Source of the DNA: an uncultured Verrucomicrobiae bacterium | GTDB lineage: Bacteria; Verrucomicrobiota; Verrucomicrobiia; Opitutales; JABDGR01 | DNA: 64,000 bases | NCBI GenBank assembly: GCA_963765205.1 | Contig: CAVXVB010000009.1 | Span: forward strand, 192,001-256,000 | Direction: 5' to 3' | Shown: positions 39,986-49,459 of the stretch, in pieces | Position numbering within the stretch: the first letter of the stretch is position 1 | Layout: every line of letters starts with the position of its first letter | Notes under the pieces: model-generated | Database searches by the model: none | Told to the model about the DNA's origin: nothing | The model's input: only the letters and a program-made list of their open reading frames with translations | Made by a program: the position numbers and the translations under genes

Positions 39986-40009
39986 TGTAACCCGTTTGTG
40001 TAACCCGGT
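39986..40009 (+). repeat. Putative integrase arm-type binding site (right)
   Basis: Identical to 36268-36291. Confidence 0.8.
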
Positions 40010-40134
40010 GGGTGAAAAAGGGCGGAATTTAGAGGATTGAGGATAACGACCTGAAACCCGCAAGCCCCTGAATGACACGGGGTTGATTACTCCAGCACAC
40101 CCTGGTCAATTATAGCAAATCGTATCATTTCGCA

Positions 40135-40173
40135 TTAGAAAACTGCTGCTCTATCCGCCTGAGCTACGCCCCC
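40135..40173 (-). repeat. att site: displaced 5' half of tRNA-Arg(TCT)
   Basis: Matches tRNA nt 1-39 and ends exactly at the 3' edge of the anticodon loop (TTTCTAA). Confidence 0.93.
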
Positions 40174-40334
40174 TAGCCTGCTAAAATATGGACAGATGCG
40201 CCGGGGTCACGCTCAAAGTCACCACCCTGTCGGTCTCACCCTGTGCCGGGGCCAGGGAGATGGCCAGGACGCGGCAATCCGTGGGCGGGTAAGACCCCAT
40301 GGCGGCGGCCGCAGCTGTGTGTTATCATGGCGCC

Positions 40335-40490
40335 ATGAATATATTACTACTCATCATCATTTTTCTGCTGCTGTTCGGGGGCGGTGGTTTTTATATGGGC
40401 GGCCCCGTCATCGGCGGCAGTGGGATCGGCCTTATCCTCGTGGTGTGCCTGATCATTTATTGCTTGGGCGGATTCCGCACGAAAAGTTAA
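40335..40490 (+). CDS. Small membrane protein (DUF3309-like)
   Basis: MNILLLIIIFLLLFGGGGFY.GG...GG.GIGLIL. Confidence 0.8.
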   Translation: MNILLLIIIFLLLFGGGGFYMGGPVIGGSGIGLILVVCLIIYCLGGFRTKS

Positions 40491-40741
40491 GCGAAGGCGG
40501 CGGTGGATGTCGCAGCGTCAGGGGGGGGCATTTTTTTCTGGCTGGCGGTCGTCGGTCAGGCATGAGCAAGGCGTGACGGCATTCACCGACGCCAAAGCCC
40601 CTGCCGTGAAGGCGGGCGTGCTGGCGCATCCTGCTTGACGAAAGTACCCGTGGTAGTGCGTGACTTTTTCGAAGATGTTTGCAGTCTGGCCGTTGGGCAG
40701 CCGAAATAACGCCCAATATCCATTTCAAGACAGCCCAACCC

Positions 40742-41131
40742 ATGAGCAAATCCAAAAAAAGCACTCCCGCGAACATCATCTGGTTCGAAATCCCCGCCAA
40801 CAAGCCGGCGCGCGCGCAGAAATTCTACAGCAAATTGTTTGGCTGGAAAATCAACGCCATGCCGGGGATGAGTGATTACTGGCACATAGACACTGGCGGC
40901 GAAGACGCCATGCCGGACGGCGGCCTGATGACCCGCAAGTGTCCCGGCCAGCCCATCACCAACTACGTCAACGTGCCGTCCGTGACCCGGGCCATGGCCA
41001 AGGTCAAAAAACTCGGCGGGAAGGTCTGCAAACCCAAGACCGCCGTGCCGAAGATGGGCTACTTCGCCATCTGCCTGGACACGGAAGAAAACATGTTCGC
41101 CCTCTGGGAAATCAATATGCAGGCGAAGTAG
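40742..41131 (+). CDS. VOC/glyoxalase family protein
   Basis: WFEIPA..ARAQKFYSKLFGW; GGKV..PK..VP.MGYFAICLDTEENMFALWE. Confidence 0.9.
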   Translation: MSKSKKSTPANIIWFEIPANKPARAQKFYSKLFGWKINAMPGMSDYWHIDTGGEDAMPDGGLMTRKCPGQPITNYVNVPSVTRAMAKVKKLGGKVCKPKTAVPKMGYFAICLDTEENMFALWEINMQAK

Positions 41132-41263
41132 GGTTCTGACTGAAGACAGTTACTTTGCCATTGGTTGGCTTATATGGGTCAAGTTTACTCACGCTTATCA
41201 AATCGCTTTGCAGCCTTTTCCAGCATAGAGAGCAATTCCCGATTTCTGTCGCTGCCATTTGAC

Positions 41264-41776
41264 TTAACCCGCCTTTCGTGCATTGCCGATGGCGGTCAGT
41301 TGCATCCATCCGGGAATTGTGGGATTTGCTCCGTGCGCCAGCATAAGCGCTGCCATCTCGTTTTCGCCTTCATCCACAGCTTTTTTGATCGCCGTATCTC
41401 CGATGTTCGGTTCGTCGTGAGCGTTTACGTCAGCACCGGCATCAAGCAATATTTTGGCGAATTCGATATTATGCTCGCGCACTGCGCTCATCAGGGGAGT
41501 ATGGGCAGTTTCATCAAATTCATTTATCTTCTTCTTTCCATATTCTGTCAGTAGAATCGCTTTCAAAACGTTTACGCTCCTGTTATCAATGGCGGCTTGT
41601 ATTGGAGAAATGCCCGTAATCACACGGACGCGGTTTAAGTCTACCCCGCCTACGATGGCCTTTTGGAATTCCGCCAGATTGTCGTTGGCAATCGGTTCAA
41701 ACAAATCGAAATAATGATCCAGCCGCTTGTCCAGCTTTGCCAGCATGACAGTCGCGGGATTAAACTTGGGTGTCAT
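41264..41776 (-). CDS. Ankyrin repeat protein, possibly frameshifted near the C-terminus
   Basis: SPIQAAI, TPLMSAV..LLDAGADVN, DTAIKKAV..LAHGANP; lower GC. Confidence 0.8.
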   Translation of the reverse strand: MTPKFNPATVMLAKLDKRLDHYFDLFEPIANDNLAEFQKAIVGGVDLNRVRVITGISPIQAAIDNRSVNVLKAILLTEYGKKKINEFDETAHTPLMSAVREHNIEFAKILLDAGADVNAHDEPNIGDTAIKKAVDEGENEMAALMLAHGANPTIPGWMQLTAIGNARKAG

Positions 41777-41855
41777 GGCGTAAATATAGGGACCAAAGAC
41801 CCGTTTTGGCAATGCAAGAATCGAAGTAGAAAACAGGCGTTATCTCGATTCCAAG

Positions 41856-41955
41856 CAGGGGTCGTCGGCAAGCGACGCCCCTACAGTGCCGTGCAGAAGA
41901 CGCCTCACAGGTTTCATTCGCCAATTGTAGGGGCGTCGCTTGCCAACGGCCCCTG
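41856..41955. repeat. GTAG-type REP-like inverted doublet
   Basis: CAGGGGTCGTCGGCAAGCGACGCCCCTACA (41856-41885) and TGTAGGGGCGTCGCTTGCCAACGGCCCCTG (41926-41955). Confidence 0.82.
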
Positions 41956-41982
41956 GGTATTTTCTACAGAGCAGAATCAAAG

Positions 41983-43515
41983 CTATCCTCCGAGCAGCTT
42001 CTTAAGAATGTCATCCACTGTCTGTGGGTTGGCCTGGCCTTTGGTCTGTTTCATCACCTGGCCCTTGAGGGCGTTGATGGCGGTGAGTTTGCCGGCTTTG
42101 TATTGTTCGACGGGTTTCGGATTCGCCGCGACGATTTCCGCGCAGATTTTTTCCAGCTCGCCGGTGTCGGCCTGCATCCGCAGACCCTTGCGCTCGACGA
42201 TGGCCTCGGCCGGGTCGCCGGTGCGGAACATTTCCAGGAAGACATCCTTGGCGATTTGCTTGGAGATCACATTATTCGCCACAAGATTAACTAAACCCGC
42301 AAGCATAGCTGGTGTGATTTTGCATTGTGACACCTTTAACGGTGACTCGCCATGTGGTGCCGCTGATGCGAGTTCACGGAGTAAATCGTTTGCGATGTAG
42401 TTAGCAATGGGCAGTGCGAGCATTTTGCCTCTGCCAATAAATACATCAATGCCTTTTGGGCTGAGTGCAGCATCGTATGCAATGCCTCCACATGCGGTCA
42501 CGGCATTCTCAAAATATTCTGACAATTCGCGATCTTGACAAATCACCGACGTAATCGTGTAGGGCAAATCTAATCCCTCCTTCTGGTAGCGGCGTTGCTT
42601 GTCGAAGGGCAACTCCGGCAACTCCGCCCGCAGTTTCTCAATTTGCTCCGGCGTTGTGCGCACGGGCATCAGGTCGGGGTCGGGAAAATAGCGGTAGTCG
42701 TGCGCCTGCTCCTTCGAGCGCATGGATTGCGTGACGCCCAGTTGTGCGTCCCACCGGCGCGTCTCCTGCACGATCCGCTCGCCCTTTTGCACGCACTGGA
42801 TTTGCCGCTTGATTTCAAACTCCACGCCGTTGCGCACGCCGGAAAAGGAATTCAGGTTTTTCAATTCCACCTTCGTGCCGAGCTTCGTCTCGCCGCGCAG
42901 ACGCACGGAGATGTTCGCGTCGCAGCGCAACTGGCCCTTTTCCATGTCGCAGTCGGAAATGTCGGCGGCGACGAGGCAGGTGCGCAGCGTGGTGAGGTAG
43001 GCGAAAACTTCGTCGGGCGTGTGCATGTCCGGCTCGGAGACGATTTCGATGAGCGGCGTGCCCGCGCGGTTGAAGTCCACCAGGCTGTCGTTGAGAAAGT
43101 GGGTGAGCTTGCCCACGTCCTCCTCGAGGTGGATGCGCGTGAGCTTCACGACGCGGTGCGCGCCCATGAGGTTGCGCGACGGGCCGGGCAGCTCGATCTC
43201 GACCCCGCCGCCGAGGCAGAGCGGCTGGTCGTATTGCGAAATCTGGTAATTCTTCGGGCTGTCGGGATAGAAATAATTCTTGCGGTCCCATTTGCACGTC
43301 TCCGCGATCTGGCAGCCGAACATCAGGCCGACCTTGATGCTTTTGCGGATGGCCTCGGCGTTCATCACCGGCAGCGTGCCCGGCAGCGCGAGCACGACGG
43401 GGTTCGTCAGCGTGTTCGGCGGCTCGCCGTAGCGGTAGGCCGCGCGCGTGAACATCTTCGAGCGCGTCTTTAATTGGACGTGCACCTCGAGGCCGATGAC
43501 TGCTTCAAATTCCAT
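41983..43515 (-). CDS. gatB: Asp/Glu-tRNA amidotransferase subunit B
   Basis: IGLEVHVQL, RKNYFYPD..KNYQISQ, HLEEDVGK, NRAGTPLIEIV, LRCDANIS, DYRYFPDPDL. Confidence 0.97.
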   Translation of the reverse strand: MEFEAVIGLEVHVQLKTRSKMFTRAAYRYGEPPNTLTNPVVLALPGTLPVMNAEAIRKSIKVGLMFGCQIAETCKWDRKNYFYPDSPKNYQISQYDQPLCLGGGVEIELPGPSRNLMGAHRVVKLTRIHLEEDVGKLTHFLNDSLVDFNRAGTPLIEIVSEPDMHTPDEVFAYLTTLRTCLVAADISDCDMEKGQLRCDANISVRLRGETKLGTKVELKNLNSFSGVRNGVEFEIKRQIQCVQKGERIVQETRRWDAQLGVTQSMRSKEQAHDYRYFPDPDLMPVRTTPEQIEKLRAELPELPFDKQRRYQKEGLDLPYTITSVICQDRELSEYFENAVTACGGIAYDAALSPKGIDVFIGRGKMLALPIANYIANDLLRELASAAPHGESPLKVSQCKITPAMLAGLVNLVANNVISKQIAKDVFLEMFRTGDPAEAIVERKGLRMQADTGELEKICAEIVAANPKPVEQYKAGKLTAINALKGQVMKQTKGQANPQTVDDILKKLLGG

Positions 43516-43516
43516 G

Positions 43517-43610
43517 ATTCGATGGTTAAATTGCTCGATTGTTGAATTGTTGAATAACTTAGGTGTTTTTGTTTTTAGCAATACAACAATAGAACAATCG
43601 AGCAATTCGG
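43517..43610. repeat. Inverted pair of 8-bp-period repeats between gatA and gatB
   Basis: AATTGCTCGATTGTTGAATTGTTG ... CAACAATAGAACAATCGAGCAATT. Confidence 0.78.
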
Positions 43611-43611
43611 A

Positions 43612-45078
43612 TTAAAGTGGCGCGCGGCGCGAATGATAATCGTGCGCGGTTTCGAACAGCCGCCCCATCGCCAGCAGGTCGGCCTCCGCGAACGGGCGGC
43701 CAATCAGTTGCAGGCCGATGGGCAAATTATTCTTCGTGAACCCGCAGGGCAGCGACAGGCCCGGCAGCCCGGCGAGGTTGACGGAGATGGTGTAAATGTC
43801 GCTCAAATACATCGCCAGTGGGTCGTCTGTTTTCTCGCCGCGCTTGAACGCCGCCGTCGGCGCGGTGGGCGTGATGATGGCGTCCACCTGCCGGAAGGCG
43901 TCCTCGAAATCGCGCCGGATGAGCGTCCGCACTTTTTGTGCGCGCAGGTAATAAGCATCGTAATAGCCGCTGCTCAAAACATAGGTGCCCAGGATGATGC
44001 GGCGCTTCACTTCCGGGCCGAAGCCCTCGGCGCGGCTCTTGAAATACATGTCCAGCATGTCCGTCGTGCGCGCGCTGCGGTGCGTGTAGCGCACGCCATC
44101 GTAGCGCGCGAGGTTGGACGACGCCTCCGCCGTGGCGATGATGTAATACACCGGCAGGCCGAGTTCCGCGTGCGGCAGCTTAATGTCCACGATTTGGCAG
44201 CCGCGCCCTTCGTAAAATTTGATGGCCGCCTCAATGCTTGCGCGCACCTCCGGGTCGAGGCCCGCGCCAAAAAAGTCGCGCGGCACGCCAAGCTTCCACG
44301 GCTTCGGTGGCGCGGCGACGGCGGCGGCGTAGTCGGGCACAGGCTGCTTGAGCGAAGTCGAGTCGCGCGGGTCATGGCCGGCAAAAGATTGCAGCAGCAG
44401 CGCGGCGTCCTCCGTCGTGCGCGTCATCGGGCCGATTTGGTCGAGCGACGACGCGAAGGCCACCAAGCCGTAGCGCGAGACGACGCCATACGTCGGCTTC
44501 AACCCCACGATGCCGCACAACGAGGCCGGCTGGCGAATCGAGCCGCCCGTGTCGCTGCCCAGCGCCGCCGGCGCCGCGCCCGCCGCGACCGCCGCCGCGC
44601 TGCCGCCCGAGCTGCCGCCGGGGATGCGCGCCAGGTCCCACGGGTTGACCGTCGTTTGATACGCGCTGTTTTCCGTGGACGAGCCCATCGCGAACTCATC
44701 CATGTTCAGCCGCCCCCACAACACCGCGCCCGCCGCGCGCAGGCGCTCAATCACCGTCGCGTCGTAGGGCGACACAAATTTTTTGAGCATTTTGCTGGCG
44801 CACGTCAGCGGCTGGCCCCGGACGGCGATCACGTCCTTGATGCCGATGGGCACGCCGTCGAGCGGGCCGCGCGCCGGCCCGGCGGCGCGGCGCTGGTCGG
44901 CGGCGCGGGCCTGGGCGAGCGCGTCATCCTCGTCGCGGTGCAAAAACGCGCCGACCTGCGGCTCGACTGCGCGCGCGCGTTCGATGAAGGCGCGGGTGAC
45001 CTCCTCAGACGAAACCTCTTTGGCCGCCAGGCGGCGGCTCAATTCGGCGAGGGTGAGACTATGCAGCGGAGCGGACAT
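43612..45078 (-). CDS. gatA: Asp/Glu-tRNA amidotransferase subunit A
   Basis: [46 protein letters not shown]. Confidence 0.97.
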   Translation of the reverse strand: MSAPLHSLTLAELSRRLAAKEVSSEEVTRAFIERARAVEPQVGAFLHRDEDDALAQARAADQRRAAGPARGPLDGVPIGIKDVIAVRGQPLTCASKMLKKFVSPYDATVIERLRAAGAVLWGRLNMDEFAMGSSTENSAYQTTVNPWDLARIPGGSSGGSAAAVAAGAAPAALGSDTGGSIRQPASLCGIVGLKPTYGVVSRYGLVAFASSLDQIGPMTRTTEDAALLLQSFAGHDPRDSTSLKQPVPDYAAAVAAPPKPWKLGVPRDFFGAGLDPEVRASIEAAIKFYEGRGCQIVDIKLPHAELGLPVYYIIATAEASSNLARYDGVRYTHRSARTTDMLDMYFKSRAEGFGPEVKRRIILGTYVLSSGYYDAYYLRAQKVRTLIRRDFEDAFRQVDAIITPTAPTAAFKRGEKTDDPLAMYLSDIYTISVNLAGLPGLSLPCGFTKNNLPIGLQLIGRPFAEADLLAMGRLFETAHDYHSRRAPL

Positions 45079-45081
45079 GGG

Positions 45082-45378
45082 TTAGGAGGCGTCGTCCACG
45101 ACCTTGGGCACGAGGAACTGGTGGTCGCGCACGGCGGGCGCATTGAGCAGGGCCTCGGCGGGCGTGAAGCCGGCTTGCTCCACGTCGTCGTCGAGCACGT
45201 TAAAGACCGGAAACGCGTGCGCCATCGGCTCGACGCCGCTCACATCCACCGCGTTGAGCTTTTCAAAATATGCCAGGATGTCGCCCAACTGGGCCGCGAA
45301 GCGCGCCTTTTCCTCGGCGCTCAAATCGAGCCGCGCCAGGTTGGCGACGTAATCAATGTCCACGGAAGGCTGGGGCAT
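45082..45378 (-). CDS. gatC: Asp/Glu-tRNA amidotransferase subunit C
   Basis: YVANLARL..L..IL.YFEKL..VDVSGVEP..NAP....F.VPKV; upstream of gatA. Confidence 0.93.
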   Translation of the reverse strand: MPQPSVDIDYVANLARLDLSAEEKARFAAQLGDILAYFEKLNAVDVSGVEPMAHAFPVFNVLDDDVEQAGFTPAEALLNAPAVRDHQFLVPKVVDDAS

Positions 45379-45387
45379 GGCGTAAGA

Positions 45388-45429
45388 GAATGGAAAATGG
45401 AAGATGGAAAAGGGAAAAAGGAAAACGGA
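45388..45429 (+). repeat. AATGGAA-type heptamer block upstream of gatC
   Basis: GAATGGAAAATGGAAGATGGAAAAGGGAAAAAGGAAAACGG, same family as 32107-32706. Confidence 0.8.
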
Positions 45430-45507
45430 GCATGGCAAAAAAACCCGCCGGAAGGCAAAATAATTATTTGCCGAACCGCCGGATGTCTTTATGACTGGCC
45501 TTGCGCC

Positions 45508-48500
45508 ATGCACCCCGTTGAAACCTATCTGGAGGAACTCGCCACGTCGCGGGCTTCCGGGGCGGTGGTGAAGGAAACCTCGGGCTATCCGGCGCTGGCC
45601 AATTTGCTCAATGCCGCCGGGCAGACGCTGCGCCCGAAGGTGCGCTGCCTCCTCCAGCTCAAAAATAGCGGCGTCGGCCTCCCGGATGGCGGCTTGTTCA
45701 CGCCCGACCAGCTCAAGCGGTCGGACGAACAGGTGCCCTTGCTGGGGTTAAAGCCCGCCCGCGGCGTGGTCGAGGTCAAGTCCCCCGGCGACGAACTGGC
45801 GAAAATCGCCGCCACGGAGCAAATCAAAGGATACCTGGAGCATTACGGCCTGGTTTTGCTCACCAATTACCGCGACTTTCAACTCCTCCAGCAGGGCCGC
45901 AACCGCCAACCGCAAAAACTGGAATCGTTCCGGCTCGCGCCCGACGAGGCGGCTTTTTGGCAGGCGGCGGCGCACCCGCGCGCGACGGCCGGCGCGTCGG
46001 GCGAGCGCTTCCTCGAATACCTCAAGCGCGCCCTCCTTCACGCCGCGCCCCTGACCAACCCGCGCGACGTGGCGGTGTTCCTGGCCTCCTACGCGCGCGA
46101 TGCCCGGGCGCGCGTCGAGGCCGCGGGGGATTTGCCGGCCCTCACCGCCGTGCGCGCCGCCCTCGAGGAGGCGCTCGGCATGAAATTCGAGGCCGTCAAA
46201 GGCGAGCATTTTTTCCGCTCCACCCTGGTGCAGACGCTGTTCTATGGCGTGTTTTCCGCCTGGGTGCTCTGGCACAAGGAGCAGCCCGCCCGCCGGGACG
46301 CCTTCGATTGGAAAACCGCCGCGTGGACGCTGCATGTGCCGATGATCAAGTCGCTCTTCGAGCAAATCGCCACGCCCACCAAGCTCGGCCCCCTCGGCCT
46401 GGTGGAAGTGCTCGATTGGACCGCCGCCGCCCTCAACCGCGTCGAACGCGGTGCCTTTTTCGAGAAATTCGTCGAAACCCACGCCGTCCAGTATTTTTAC
46501 GAGCCGTTCCTCGAGGAATTTGACCCCGCGCTGCGCAAGGAACTGGGCGTCTGGTATACCCCGCCGGAGATTGTGCAGTATATGGTCGCCCGGGTGGACA
46601 CCGTCTTGCGCGAGGAATTGGACATCCCCGACGGCCTGGCCGACCCGCGCGTCTTCGTCCTCGACCCCTGCTGCGGCACCGGCGCCTATCTGGTCGAGGT
46701 GCTGCGGAGGATTGCCCAAACGCTCCGGGAAGAAAAAGGCGAGGATGCCCTGGCGAACGAAGGTTTCAAAGAGGCGGCGATGAAGCGCGTTTTTGGCTTC
46801 GAAATCATGCCCGCGCCGTTCGTCGTCGCCCATTTGCAGATGGGTTTGCTGTTGCAGAATTTGGAGGTGCCGCTGGATGAAAAGAAGAACGAACGGGCCG
46901 GCATCTTTCTCACCAACTCGCTGACCGGGTGGGATTTCATCGGTGAAAATCCCCAGCTCAAAAATTGGCCGGAACTGGAGGCTGAGCGCGCGGGCGCCGG
47001 CCGGGTGAAACAGGAGAAGCCCATCCTTGTCATTCTGGGCAATCCGCCTTATAATGCCTACGCGGGCATCAGCCCGGAGGAGGAGCAGGGTTTGGTGGAG
47101 CCGTATAAGGAGGGTTTGGTTAAAAAATGGGGCATCAAGAAGTTCAACCTGGACGACCTCTATGTGCGCTTCTTCCGGCTGGCCGAACGCCGCATCGCGG
47201 AGAAAACAGGCAAAGGCATTGTTTGTTACATCTCAAATTTTTCCTATTTGACCGATTCTTCTTTTGTGGTCATGCGCCAGCGGTTCTTGCAGGAGTTTGA
47301 TTCGCTATGGTTCGATTGTCTCAATGGAGACAGCCGTGAAACAGGCAAGCTGACACCGGAAGGCAAACCTGATCCGTCGGTGTTTTCAACCGAATACAAC
47401 CGCGAGGGCATTCGCGTTGGCACGGCGGTCTGCCTCATGGTGCGCCGGGCCAAGCGGGCGAAAAGCCCGAAGGTTTTCTTTCGCCAGTTCTGGGGTGCGG
47501 GAAAAAGAGCTGATTTGGTCAAGAGTCTCAAATCAAAAAACTTCGCCAAACAATATGAAAAAGTCGAACCGACGGAAGCTAGTCGCAGCTCGTTATTGCC
47601 TTTAGTTGTCTCATCAGAATACCTGCACTGGCCAATGTTGATTGACCTTTCTTATGTCGCCCCTTCCAACGGCTTGATGGAGAAACGGGACGGCGCACTG
47701 ATTGACATTGATCGTTCCGCCTTGGAAAAAAGAATGCGAATGTATTTCGATAGGACAGTTAATTGGCCCACGCTCCATTCGCTTGATACGGGGCTGACCG
47801 AGGACGCGGCGCGGTTTGATGCCCAGAAGGCCCGTGCCAAAGTCATTCAATCAGAAAAATATCTGCCGGAAAATTTGCGCCATTACGCGCTCCGCCCATT
47901 TGACAATCGTTGGTGTTATTACAGTTCTGAACGTCCGCTTTGGAATGAACCCCGGCCCAATCTCTGGGCCCAGTGCTGGGAGGGAAATACTTTTCTGATC
48001 AGCCGGCCCGCCGCGATCGCCAGCCCCGAGGGAGTCCCGCTGTTCTATACGCCCCTGCTGGGTGATAATGACTTTTTGCGCGGCCATGCCTATTATTTTC
48101 CCATTCGTTTGCGCAATGGCTTCAAGGTGATCCCCAAGAATAAGACCGACACCAATGGCGAATTTGACCAGATTCTGGAAGAAGCCGCCGGCGAATATGA
48201 TGCGGGAGAAATAAAAACCACCGCCAATCTTTCTTCGGGTGCCCGCGCCTATCTGGCCAAACTCGGGATTATTAATCCTGATACGGATGAGGCGGCTGCA
48301 TCCATGCTCTGGATGCATGCGTTGGCCGTCAGCTATTCCGGCCATTATCTCAACGATAATGCCGACGGTATCCGCCAAGATTGGCCGCGCGTCCCATTGC
48401 CGGACACAAAGGCTACGCTTCTGGCCTCTGCCACGCTTGGCCGACAAGTAGCGGCTTTGCTAAACACCGAGACCCAAGTAAATGGCGTTGCTGCGGGAAA

Positions 48501-48955
48501 GATTCGTTCCGATCTGGTTAAGATTGCCGTGGTCACGCGATTGTCAAAATCAGCATTAAATCTTTCCCTGACCGCCGGCTGGGGCCACTCCGGCAAAGCA
48601 GGCGCAACTATGCCGGGCCGGGGTAAATTACAAAGCCGCGAAAATATTGATTTCTCGCCGGAATTGCTGGGCCGCGTGACGCATGACGTTCTATCTCAAC
48701 GACCACGCCTGCTGGCAAAACGTGCCGGAAAAGGTTTGGGACTACACCATCGGCGGTTATCAGGTCATCAAGAAGTGGCTGAGTTACCGCGAGTTTGGCC
48801 TGTTGGGCCGGGCGCTCACACCGGACGAGGCCCGCGAAGTCACCCACATGGCCCGGCGCATTGCCGCGTTGCTCCTCCTCGGCCTGGAACTCGACGCCAA
48901 CTACCAAAAGGTCAAGGCCGCCGCCTACGATTGGAACATCGAAAGAACCCCTTGA
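45508..48955 (+). pseudogene. Single-polypeptide restriction-modification enzyme (type IIG / type ISP-like C-terminus, N6-adenine MTase) with apparent +1 frameshift at about 48688-48692
   Basis: PDGG...EVK nuclease-like motif; FYEPFLEEFDP..RKELGVWYTP; DPCCGTG; GNPPY; the C-terminal YLN..W.NVP..VW.YTIGGYQVIKKWLSYR block lies in a different frame (ORF 48683..48955). Confidence 0.85.
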
Positions 48956-48996
48956 TTATGCGTCGTGCTCCCTGGGTGGAAGGGCCCGGACCTTGG

Positions 48997-49296
48997 TCAC
49001 GCCAGCACTTCGTAATTCGTCACGCTGGGATCAAGGGTGACGAGAAAATCCTTGTCGAGGGGCAAGTGGTGGGCGAGGGTCGCGTCGCCGCCGGCGAATC
49101 GCTGGACGGATTCGACGGAGTCCCAAAACGAGATAAGCATGAAGTGCGCCTCGGGGCCCTCGAGACGGCGCAAAACGTAGGCGCCGCGGTTGCCGGGCGC
49201 GGACTGCACGCCCGCCAGGCCGGTCTCATTTAGGTAGTCGGAATAGGCATCCGCCTGTTTCACCGGGGTTACCCCCTGCCAAATTCGCGCAATCAT
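48997..49296 (-). CDS. ABM (antibiotic biosynthesis monooxygenase)-like small protein
   Basis: MIARIWQG..PGNRG..F..ISFWDS.ES...FAG. Confidence 0.82.
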   Translation of the reverse strand: MIARIWQGVTPVKQADAYSDYLNETGLAGVQSAPGNRGAYVLRRLEGPEAHFMLISFWDSVESVQRFAGGDATLAHHLPLDKDFLVTLDPSVTNYEVLA

Positions 49297-49459
49297 GGTA
49301 ATTTCCTCCCCTTCGGGAATTCAAGAAGGATACTCTCGTTTCACGAACTAAGCCATGGTGGAATTGTCAGTAATATGTCAGACCCGGCGGCGGCGCGCGG
49401 GTTCCCGGCCGATAAACCGTAACTTGACAACGGCGCGCGTCCCGCCATGTTGCGGGTTC

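Larger units (their letters stand above)
36173..40173. mobile_element. Integrative element (about 4.0 kb) in tRNA-Arg(TCT) bounded by 39-bp direct repeats of the tRNA 5' half
   Basis: Identical TTAGAAAACTGCTGCTCTATCCGCCTGAGCTACGCCCCC at 36173-36211 and 40135-40173; integrase next to one end; identical 24-mers inside both ends. Confidence 0.92.

Noticed and set aside
36212..40134. Prophage or phage satellite interpretation of the island
   Set aside because: No structural, primase, AlpA or packaging genes are present
40135..40173. Second tRNA gene
   Set aside because: Only nt 1-39 are present, with no T-arm or 3' acceptor strand; it is an att remnant
43633..49233. 1866-aa ORF on the plus strand
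   Set aside because: The first 625 codons are the antisense shadow of gatA/gatC; the real gene starts at 45508, and the tail after about 48690 is out-of-frame read-through
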